Of a stretch of DNA of 64,000 nucleotides, positions 12,601 to 24,600 are shown piece after piece. Under the pieces are notes generated by a model. That model was not told the DNA's origin. It searched no databases and saw nothing but the letters and a program-made list of their open reading frames with translations. How positions within the stretch are numbered: the first letter of the stretch is position 1; each line of letters begins with the position of its first letter. This DNA is from Phoronis australis (lineage: Eukaryota > Animalia > Phoronida). Both the position numbers and the translations under genes were made by a program. Location: the NCBI GenBank assembly GCA_002633005.1, contig NMRA01000059.1, positions 771,150-835,149 on the forward strand, given 5' to 3'.

Positions 12601-15600
12601 GTTGTAATGGCCGAGTTGTTTAATACACAAACATCCGGCATACTAATCCAAATGGTTCTCACTCACACTGTATGGTTCGGGTTTGTGTAGGTCAGTGACG
12701 CTCAGTTCAACTGCAGTATACTAGTATGACTTACCTTCACGTGTTAGCTTTGCCGACTACATAGTTAGCAAATTTATGTTTAACTCAGAACATTCACAGT
12801 TTTAAGTCGAGGAAATACTTACGATGATTTGTCAAATAATTTCTTCAAGTCTTTGAACACATCCGTAAACTTCTGGAAACTTTCCTTGAACGTGTTTGTT
12901 GTGGCAAGGTCAACGTTTGGTGGACGGTATTTCAAATCGACATCCCGTGGGAGGGGCTCTTTGAAGGGTGCCGGTGGCAAATTAAGCTTGAAGGATCTCT
13001 TTACTTTGCTTCTTTTGTTCTTTCCTCCGCCAACAGTCTTGCCCTTCTCAACAGTAGCACCCAGGAAAGTTAAACTATACTCGTTACATTCCTCTATCCA
13101 CTTGGGAACCGGAACAATTCGCTCGGTATAAGGTGCAGGATCTACATAGCTGTACTCGGCGTCAGTCTTAGGTGTCTTCCCCACGGGCTTCTTCCTCATG
13201 GCTACGTGGATGAAGGACGGGTCGCACGGAGCTGTACCAACTGTTCCAATCTCGTCGCCTGCTTTAATTACGGCGCCTTGTGTCGTAATAGAAGTGATGG
13301 GGATAACGTTTGAAATGATGATCTCATATTCTTTAAAGGCACCAGTGGCCGGTATTACGATAACTTCAGTACTGCTTCGCTTTTTCACCAGACCGACAAC
13401 GGGGTTTACAAGCTGAAACGTGATATAGTTCTGAATTTCGAAAAAGCACGGAATAAAAAATATACATGTAAGCCTCTGTGTTTAGATATCAATAAGGAAC
13501 TGGTTTATTTGATAACACTACGCAAAGTTACTGGCTATCTAGCTTGTAGCAATTTGAAAGTGGCCGTTTTGAGGACATTTAGTTTCTATCTTGGAATTTT
13601 CTGGAATTCAGTCATCGAAGGCGAGAAACCACAAGTGTGTGCCTACGATCAAAATTGCCCTCCAACAAAATTCTCTCTGGTCAGTTTCCATATTCTTGTT
13701 ACTTGACCACCTTACGTATTCTCGTCTCCAGTTTCATTATCTTTTTCGATTTCAACACAATCTTAATTGTTTGTCTTGTCGGTTCACAATTATGTTGTAC
13801 AAATCAGCCAGTAGCCTTAGCGCGTTCACGAACCAGTAATTATTATAACCATGGGAATTCGCTAAGCCGTGTGTACAAAGTTATGGCGACATCACCGGAC
13901 TAGCGAAGATTTTAACTACTTGCACACTTTTGTGGCGCTGTAAAAAATATTGTTGTGCGTTGTTGTTTAGGACATAATTAACAACGCAAACGTGAAAGCG
14001 CACGTTCCAAACATGCAGAACTATTGTAGTTTGGCGACATCGCCTCATTTTCAAGCGTAATCACGAATTCGTGCCAGTAGTGAATAATAATTTTTATCGA
14101 GTACTGAAACAAAATACTTACTTTTTTACCCTTCGAGACCGACAGGTCAATTCCAGGTTGATACTTGTCGTCCACAGTTGACGGGAAAACTCCACAGGCA
14201 CAGTCACTGTTGTCACAATCGACTTTAAATACTGGAAACTTGATGTTAAACTTTGGACCAAATATCTTCTGAACGAGCATTCTGGACTTCTCAACGCTGG
14301 AATATTGCAATGCGTGTTAAAGAAGCGTAGAACGTGAATGTATTAAGAATGCAAAAAGAAATAAAAGAAAGTAATTAAAAGCATCAATGGGCATAGAATA
14401 AACTAATTAGTAGTTCCAAAAATCATGCAAACAATTTACGATAATTTTCTATATAAGCGATCAAATGCAGGGAACAGTCAAGACATTAAGTTCAAACCAC
14501 CCACTGCATCACTGGTTGACTGGCAACAGTTTCATGCAGAAATATCATCTGTATCAATCGTGAACATCATCTATCGTAATCATTGGTGAAGCAAAAAACA
14601 TAAATCACGAATTTTCAATTAACTGTTGCTGCAGCCGTAAGCAGTGTAAACAGCACCATTGCTTTTTTACCGACGGGAGCCGTCATATCTTGCCATTATT
14701 GTTTATTGCACACACACCCGTTAGACGTCCAATGGGATTTCGCTAGGTGGACTGTCTCCCTCTCTACGATCTCTGTTATTAGACGTGGGATTTTGAAAAC
14801 AGTATTGGGATGAAACAGTCTTTATTTCTTCTATGTTTCAAAAATAGTGAAGCTCACAATTTTTCTATGAACTCTTTCAACATTGCAAGCTAAATTTTCT
14901 CACATTAGCGTCCACAAGAAATAGATGAGCCACCATCTGTTTAAAAGGTATTTTTACGAGTTTTCGTGTTCCATGAGCAAAATAGGAGACAATTCTAGCA
15001 ATGATCGGACGTATTTGCAAAGAGTACACCTACGAAGGTAGACCAATAAACTTTAAAGCTGGTAACATCCACATTCAAAAGGTATGCTACTTACAACGTC
15101 TTTACATCTAAGTAAGCTTTCTTGACCCCGTTGATAACATCAAAAACCGAGTTGTATGCTTCAATGAACGGTTTAGCGATGACCTTCAGCTCGTCCATAG
15201 GGCTTAGTGTGTCTTTAAGCATAGTTATGAACTGGTTAGCGATCAATATTTCTTGCTCTTCCTATAATCCGAAATTACAATCACAGTTAAATCAATGACG
15301 AATTATGGGAATTTGGACTCAACTTGCGGTGCGTTGCTGCATAAATTTGCCACAATTCGTTATTGTAGGCATGCACACAGGTATAGGCGAAAAGCTTCGC
15401 ATTTGTTTTTAAGTCCGGTGCAGTGGAAATTTGATCGTGGAGTGCAGTAGCTGAATAGAAAGTTCTCGGACTGTGGAGCAAGAGAAGGCTGGAAGACGGT
15501 CAGTTGGGCACTGTATAAAAATCCATTTGTCGTTTCTCTGCAATTTCAGTCAACAGCGTGTCTAGCAACATGTAGTGAACACAATTAGTTTGCAGTAAAA

Positions 15601-18600
15601 CCCTGTTCTGGTATGTTTATTTTGGGCACCCTGTACACAAGTAAAAAGAATTCTGGACCCTCACAATTGCCACCGATTCGTGAATTGCCCAGGTTCTGGG
15701 AACGCTGTTCCCAATTCCTAAGTTAAACAGAAAGTTTGTCCCATTGATTAAACGGATCTTCCATTTACTGACCATGGTTATTATCCCGTCTCCGGGGCCT
15801 ACTCTCATTTCAGCTGGCTTACGAATGTTTTGGCCCAATCTTTTTATAAACGCGGTAACATCTGTCACTGCAGTTTTGATATCCGTAATGAGATCTTTCA
15901 ATTCTGGCCCCAAATTCATCCAGTAAGGTAACTTTCCTGAAAATAATAAAGTTCTTTTTAAGGAATTTACACCAGACAACTTCATACTATCACTGCATGA
16001 ACTCATACATTAACTAAACTAGTCTAGTTGTTAAAGTGCAATACTAGCAGCAAAGACACTTTTTACAGGTATAGAGATTGACCCTTATGTGGATTGAGGA
16101 TTATACGTGCTGGGCTGTGATTGTGGATAATCCACACTTCCACAGCTTACAAAACACAGATTTAAAATCTCCTTCTGGCAAAAAATAGACTATTCCACTT
16201 ATCTCAACTATAAATTGAGCCGGCATCAGTTTTCACGTATCCATTACACGTCAACGACAAAACAGTTACCAGATTTGAAAAAGCAGGCCTCTTCAATCTT
16301 TTCCTTGGCACCAAACGCCATCGATATTGCCATCTTTATACTGCAAACAAGACAACCATCAGCTGTGTATTTTGACATTTGGTTCCAAGACCATCGTACA
16401 CTGTACGTTCAGTCGACATGCAGTAAAGCTGTGAGCCTGACGTAACGTAGAGCGTCATCATAAGCCAAAATCAAGCAAACAATGCACTGGTATCCTTTCA
16501 AGAAGTACATACATGTTCCTAACTATGCGTTTGTATAGCAGGAATTAAACACCAATGCTAACTCAGCATCATCTACGCTAAACAAAGTGCAGTTTCATCC
16601 CTGACAACTTGTTAATGTGAAAACAAAAAATTATTTGCACTAATATATCTCGCAGGCTAACATAGCCCGCATCATGCAGTGTTATTCCCCAGCACCACTT
16701 ACTTACTGGACACGGTTCAGTGATTTGCGGCAAATCATTTTCGCCACAAAAATCGCTCTTAAATACATTAATTGGCAAATTATAATCTACTTCATATTCA
16801 CATCGTCGCTATACATGTATGTTGTCTTACTAATTAATTTGGACAAGCACTCACAGAGCTAAGGAATTAGCGTGTAAGCTCCACTGGAAGTAAAAGAACA
16901 AGCAAGCGTGATGTGGCGTATAAAGGTTTTGCGTCTTTCCGTTATTATTCACGGGTTTTTAAACGATGCAACGAAACGGTTGCATATGTTCTTGGTTTTA
17001 CTTCTTGCACTTGGCGCAAAATTCGTCGATTGCTTGACAGCCGTTAAATGCAGAAACTCCGCTAATTAAGGTACATTCCCTTGTTTTAAAATGGCATTCA
17101 TTTTTATAATTGGGAATAACAGCACGCATTCTGGCTGTAGGTTAAAGACAAATATTTGTGAAAAAGAGAAAACGGATGCGGAATGCGTGGTTAAGCTGCT
17201 TATCCTTTAAAATATTACCTTAGCACGGACTTGCCAATTCTCTGTATGGACTGAAGTGGAGTGTTAAAAATGGTCTCTATACCTTTGACGGCATCGTTTA
17301 TGGCGTCAATGATGCTTCGAATGACATAGGGTAAGGTCACGGTAGCAACATCGACGATTGCCTGGAAACAGAAGGGTAAACTTAAAGCGGAGTCGCATGT
17401 TTGCCTAAATTTTTTCAAAGTTAAAACAAAGCAGATACGAAACGGAAACTCAATAGTAAAAAACAATTGTAGCACAGTTCTTGTCAGGTGAATCTTACAA
17501 GTATTGCGTTAAATGATCTGAGGTCAGTGTCTTTCGAGCGACTGAGAAAACAAAGGATCACGCCAGTGTATCGCAATATCTCGCTGGTGTATTCCTTGTA
17601 CAAAGTTGACCAAATGTACCTGACACTGAGAGAGATTGAACGTCAACTCGAAGATGATAAATTGATAATTAGCCTGCTCGGTACAGCTTTGTTCAAAGCT
17701 CGCTGTTTTCGCGACAGAAACCAACATGTCTCACGGCTAGCGTCTGGCGAATGACAAGAGTTCTTGAATTTGCCATGTAACCGCATTTTAAGTGCTTGGA
17801 ATACGCACGGCATGAGGACACTATAGGTGCTCTCACATCTGGAAGTACACGGAAGGACCCAAGGGGTACGTAGGTGTGGTGAACACCAAAAAGTCAAACA
17901 TGCTTTGTCGCGTACTTTTGGAGTAGAGTATTGGAAGCATAAAACGCGCAGCTTTCCCGCCAATCTACCTATTTCTATAGAACACTGCTCGCACAACATG
18001 CCTGCGCAATAGTAGGCCTACGATATTCTACACCAGTTCCACGAAAACACCAGCTTATGCATAACCTGGCAAGACCTACGCCGAGCCTGGGTGCAAAAAC
18101 ATTTTCTCGAGAGTAGCCTACACAGCCTAAATTCGGCGTATTCTGTGGGCTGCTCAACACAACTCTACGCTGGCTCAGAATGAAATCCCTTATGGGACAA
18201 GTCTTTGAACTGAGAGGGGAAATTTATTCTATACACACGGGTACGCCAACAGTAAAGTCAAATTACTAAAATGTAGCCTATTCACGACTTACGTTGTAGA
18301 AATTCATGATATCTCCTTCAACATCTTCTACGAAGAATTTGATTCTGTAGAAAACCTTCTTTATGCTTTTCACCCATGGAAGACCCTCGTAGTCACTCAC
18401 AGTTTTGATAAACTCCTTAGATTTCCCCACAAGCGTCTTGAGTTTGTCAGGAAACCCACGAACAATGTTCACCAAATCTCCAATGAAACCTTCGACGCCT
18501 TTGCCCTTGATGGTGTTTATCAAGTCTTTGAATTTGGAAATTGCTTCGACCACTGGGTCCCGCACCTGAGAGATGATTTTGTCAAAGAAATCGGCCAACT

Positions 18601-21600
18601 CGGTGATGTCATTGATTCCAAAATCCTGCAATTAAAGAAAAAACAGGAAATTTAAGCAACGAAATTTGACTCTCTTTCAGCATAGGCGGATCCATCGGAA
18701 GTCAAGGGGGTACGCAGTCCCTTTTTCCCATGACTTTAGTGAAATCAAAGCTGTAGTTTTCAAATTGTTGACTTGGGGACCCTTTTTAAAAAAATCCTGG
18801 ATACGCCTCTGTTCAGGGCCAACTTTCAGTAAAGGATGGAATGAATTTCCTAAACAATGGCAGCTAGACCTTAACGAGGGAATGACATAACAACTCCAAC
18901 TTCCATGACCATATGGAACAAATCTATGTAATCTTTGATACATTTGCTTAAAATGTAACACCAACTGAGTAGTCCAATAACCAAAGAATTTTGCATTGAG
19001 ATCAATTATTTCTTCTAAAATAGTGTTTATCAGAACAGAAAGTCTTCACTACGTTGTGAAACTTTTATCAACATGTAGAGCTAACGACTGGCAGGGTTGC
19101 GTGCGTGCAGAGTCTGGGAATCAACCGACGCTCACCTTGCCCGCTGCAGCCGTTTAAGTGAAAAAAAATCAAATCAACGTCGTTTCGAGCAAATCTCCGT
19201 CTTTTCTGAAGTCGTTTCCTACTGAAATTTCGCAATCTCCCGCAAGCTGATAACAGCTTCGCAGCAAATTGGGTTTGTTAATATTAAAATACCAAAACTT
19301 GTAAAGAAATGAAACCAGGTCCGACTGTTATGACGTCTACGCAACCTCGTGAAAGAGAAGAACTGTGGATTGAAAAATCGGGAAAATTCGCCATTAGGTG
19401 ACGCAATATTTCACGGCACCGAAAGCCAACCAAAGAGAGCGCACCACAATTTTAGCAGTCGGTAGAACGCCAAGTTTTCCAATATCGGTAAATAGGTGAG
19501 ATTACTCAGAAAGAGTTTATTAATTTTGGCGGCTACAGGCCCGAAGACGGAAGCCGGAGGGAGTGAAATCATGCCGACGGACTGACGTCAACCAGACCGG
19601 TTCCAAAGAGGCCACCCTCCCTCCGCGTCCGCGAAAAAACGGCTAGCAAGAAAAATAGAACATCTCAAATCTAAATAAAGGCCCGGTACACTACCTGGGA
19701 CAAAGGCAATGCCGAAACGGGAGCAACAAAGGTCTGTAGTGAGGCGGGGGAGACGGAGTTCATACGTGTGAACTATTTATTATGCAAAACTGATCCTGCG
19801 TAGCAATACGTTTTGCAATGTGCCTGTCGAGATGTAAGGTGTAAAGCACCCTCGCAACTTACCTTGAGTACGTTTAAATCGTATTTAATGTGACCCTGGT
19901 AACAAGCCAGAGCTCTCATAATATCAAATTCCACACCAACGATGCCAAGCAATCCTTTCACAAACGCAGTGTTATAGATATCTACTTCGAAGTAGCCACT
20001 CAATGGGCCTGTAAATGAAGTAAACGATTAAACAAAATGTTGACAACAACGAAAGCAACACTTCGACCAATTAACATTCAGATCCACCACCGTCATCATT
20101 AGGCTTTTCAGTAACACTAGCAGCACCTTATCTGGTTTGGATTCTTGTGTATGTCATGTGACGTCTTAACTAGCATGAGCTAAAGTATTTGTTATGAGAA
20201 GTCTTACCTAGCCTGAGCTCCATTAGGTCATGTGATGTCTCACTTAACCACAGCTCTAGACTGTCCATCATCTCTTTCTGGCCCAGTAGAGACAGTGGAG
20301 CACCTACAGGAGCTTCAAACGCCGGAAGCTTTTCGGCGAATGCCTCACACTGACTAAACATCAAAGTCACGTTGTTGTAAATACTCTTTGCGCATAGAGA
20401 GACACCTTAGGAGGCTGTCAATGTATTTTATTCCTTCCAACTCAAAGAAATACTTCCGTTATCAAACTTTTTCTTCGAGCAGTCCCTCTTTCTGTTCCCA
20501 AAATCGGTAACTCGCCATTTTTATACTGCGCACGCCAGGGGATATGACGACAAACCACCTGTTGCGCGCAGGGTTTGAATGGCGAGTTACCGATTTTGGG
20601 AACTGTACGAGGGACTGCTCGAAGAAAAAGTTTGTTAACTGGGATATTTCTTCAAGCTGGAAAAAATTAAATACATCGGCGGCATCATAAGGTGGCATCT
20701 ATGCGCAAAAGGTACTTATAACAACTTTGATGTTTTAGTCAGTATGAGGCATAATTCGCCGAAAAGCTTCGGGCGTATGATGCTCCTATAATAGCTCTAC
20801 CGTCTCTACTGGGCCAGCTAGAGACGGTGATCACTGTCTACCTCAGCTCCAGTATATCATGTGGCAGTATGCTATGTGAGGTCTTACCTCACTTGAGCTA
20901 AAGTATGTTATGTGACGTGTTACCTAACTTGAGCTCTAGTATAGTATGAGAGGTCTTACCAAGCCTGAGCTCCAGTAAGTTACGAATAACCAGGCCGAAA
21001 CTAGCTCCCACGGATGAACTCCCTATGGTTTTGGACCAGTCGATTCCAGGCAGTCGCAATTCGAAGTGCAGTGACGGGAGAGCGCGCTTTGACCTTGAGT
21101 GGAGGACAGCCGGGTACGTGTATCGTTTTCTGTTGAGCAATGGAAACAAAATGGATAGATATAGCAAAGAGGCACGGATTTGGGGGGATGAGTAACACAT
21201 GAAGAAGACTTAAGTCGGGCAAACATTTCTGTTCTTGTAGTTTTGAGAGTCCATAAACTCAATTCTATTAAAAATATCCGAATTGGTCGTCCAACAAATT
21301 TAAAGACAGGGTTACAGATTTGGAACACACACAATGAAGGTGATGATCAAAGGTCCTTTCAGAGGTAAGTACTATACCTGCACCAACAGAAAGAAAAATG
21401 CCAAACGGCGGCGTTGGACTTGGCTATATCTGGGAAGCGTTGTGTAGACGTAAAAAATAGCACTTGGGGCGAGAGATATTCGCTTATGAAATGAAATCGT
21501 CCATTCTCTCTTATAATTCCACATTTTAACCACACCGACACATTAGTTTTGTTGTTGCCATTTTTCTAGGATACGCTAATCACGTGATGTTGTGTGGAAT

Positions 21601-24600
21601 TACGTGATCGTGCTTTATCGCAAGTTTCTCCCGTCTACTCAACGCAATCCTGCTCTCTACTACACTAGAACCGCGGTATTATATCCAAGATGTACTTCTG
21701 AGCAAGTGCGCACTCAAAATAACATGTCACCTAATTTAGCTGATTACAAATGTCATGGTCGCGGTATTATATCCAAGATGTACTTCTGAGCAAGTGCGCA
21801 CTCAAAATAACATGTCACCTAATTTAGCTGATTACAAATGTCAAGGTCGCGGTCCGTTTTTTAGTAAGAGCTAATGTATCATTGAAGACTTCAAGAAATA
21901 TCAAAACTAGCCACGTCTGGGGTTAGAAACCAACTCTTGCCACGTGTGTGCACCCTAGTCACACACTACAGAAACTCATACCACGCTTGAAAACTCTTTG
22001 AATGAAGTCTGAGCGAACACGAAATTATTATTTGACAAGTTCTATTCTACTTTTTGTGAACTCAAGATGAGTGTCTATTATTACACGCTCGACTTCACAA
22101 TGACTTTTAACTACGATTTGAAAATTTCCCACTTAAAAGTGAATAACTTTCTAATCCTAGTTTACATGTAGTGACCCCATCATTAAGTTTAAAAGTTCAA
22201 TTCTGAATTCGAAATTTCAAGTTTTTACTCGACTTTTTTGCTCGCATCTAAGGGTCGTCAAATGCAAACTTTGGCTATAATCTCCCTATCATCAACCATA
22301 ATGTAGCACAGAACAATAAATACTTCCCTTGATTCCGCACAACAGTAGAACGGAAAGTGCCTAAGATAATTTGGAGTTCTATTTCGAGAAGACAGATTAC
22401 AAAACGGACCCTGGTCTCCATTGAGTCACACTCAAACACTTTCCGCAGACAATTGTTGGTGCAAGCGACCGAAAAAACAACTTAGAAATTGGGTCGTACA
22501 AGTCGGTCACTTGCTTTTAAAATGCATGTGTTGAGAAAGCACTGGTGGGTGGGTTGGAGCTCAGGTTATGCGGACAGTTTTTTGAATAGTGGTTCGAGTG
22601 GTTTCCGCCTGCAACATACACCGGCTTTAACATTTCCGCGATGTATACCCGTTTTCATATTCTGGTGTAGGGTGGAAATTCCTTCGAAACCTGATTGCTT
22701 AACGATGGATAACTGGATGTACGAACGGCTGGATGAATGGATGGAGGGAAAAACATTCACTAAAGTAAAAGAAGACCTGCCGCTAGATGGCAGGCGACAA
22801 GGACGTTGAATCAATGACTCACGACAGAATAAGATCAGTCTCCTCCTTGGTCATGTTCTTCTTTTGCGGATGCATGTTATACATATGATAGGCCTGGTCT
22901 CGAACTGTGTCGTGGTAGTCATTGACAACCAAGTCAAGAAGGGCAGCAGCACTCTAGATTAGAAACATGAATAAAAGAAACAAATCAGAGCCATCTACTG
23001 CATGAATAAAACTAATAACTCAAATTTTGAGCCACTACTTGTTAACGCGTCTTGTGTAAAATGACATAGATAGAGCAATTGTTCTAACTTTTGACGCATC
23101 GACAAGAAATACTATTTTTAATCGATTTGTTCGTTATTTTTTCGTCAATGCAAAATCATTGGACTGTTTGTGTGAAACAATATTTTTCGTGCATATACTA
23201 AAAGTTTTGGGTTTCAAATTGCCTCTTTGCATAAGAGCAATCACTGCAAGGAATGCAAACATTGCAAAACCCCAACCTCAAAAGCTCGATTACCTTCTTG
23301 CAAGAATACCACCGGAGGGCGTGAATACCAGACCGCCGCCAAGCGGAGTGACCGATGTTGGACCTGGTGTACGAGAGAATGTGATCCAGCGCCCTCTCGT
23401 GACCAGTGTTACCGAGAGCTTCAATCAGGATCATCTTCGTCAGGGTATGATTTTTCTCTTCTTCATTTTGTCGCGGGATAACGTCTCGTCGAATCCTAAT
23501 AGCGGCGAGTTCAACCTTCGCTAAATAAATGAAAGCAAAACATGCTGTTATTTGTGTTTTTTTGATTCTGTCACACCAAATATTACAGACAACAGATTCG
23601 CAACTCGGACATTTTCTTTCATACTATCCTAGAGGAGGCGCCACTCTCATAAATTACCAATTTCAGTTTCCGGTTAGTGTACTGTGATGACACAACTGCC
23701 GACCATGATTAGCAGATGACGTACTTGCCGGAAGAAAAACTTGCCAATTTGGCCAGATGTCGCCGGTGAATGATGACGTTAGGGCTTCTGTTAGATCAGA
23801 GATTTCGTCCATTGAAAGTTGTCCATGTACTGAATTCTATGGTCACACTATGATTAAAGTTTCCGTTATAAGCATGAAAAATCCAAGAAAAGCTTAAATA
23901 GTCCTTCCAAGGACCGGGGTATAACCATTTAACTCGAAATCTTACAGCATTTTTGGCATTTTCTATTCTACTTTTGTTCAAACTCAAGATGAATGTTTGT
24001 TGTTGTATCCTCAAATGTATTTTGCTTTATGTGGATAACTTTGTAATCCTAGTTTGCACTTGATGATCCCAGAATTTAGGCTGAACTTCCGAGTCTGAAT
24101 TCGAAATTTCGAGTGTTTACTCGAGTTTATAACCCGGTTATAGGGGTCATCAACTGCAAAATTGGCCCAGAAACTCGTACCCATCAACTAGGATGTTCTC
24201 CTCGAGTACACACTAATATCCACTTACTCTCAGTTTTCACAAAAGTTGAACAAAAAAACCCCAAAACAATTTTGAGTTCAATTTTGAGTACACTGAACAC
24301 ATCCTAGTCCCACGTGTCTCCGACAAACTAATTACATTTGGAAGACTGGTTGTATTTTGTCGGTGCATGTCAGCGTTTGACGAGGGTACGCACCCGCTTT
24401 GCGTCGAAGCAACTATTACTTGTGATTTTGACCACCTAACGGTATAGAATTGGTCTAATTTTGTTCCTTTCTGAGATGGAAAGTGGTACTTGGTACTACC
24501 AAAGAACTATTTGTTTTGCTTGAGTACATGTTCGGCAAATAAAGTGACACGCCTTGACAAGTCTACTTGTAGAGCCTGGCCTCCAGTAATAACGAACTAG

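Noticed and set aside
17520-17830. Possible integrase-like remnant (AWNTHGMRT)
   Set aside because: One short motif in a broken frame is too weak without a search.
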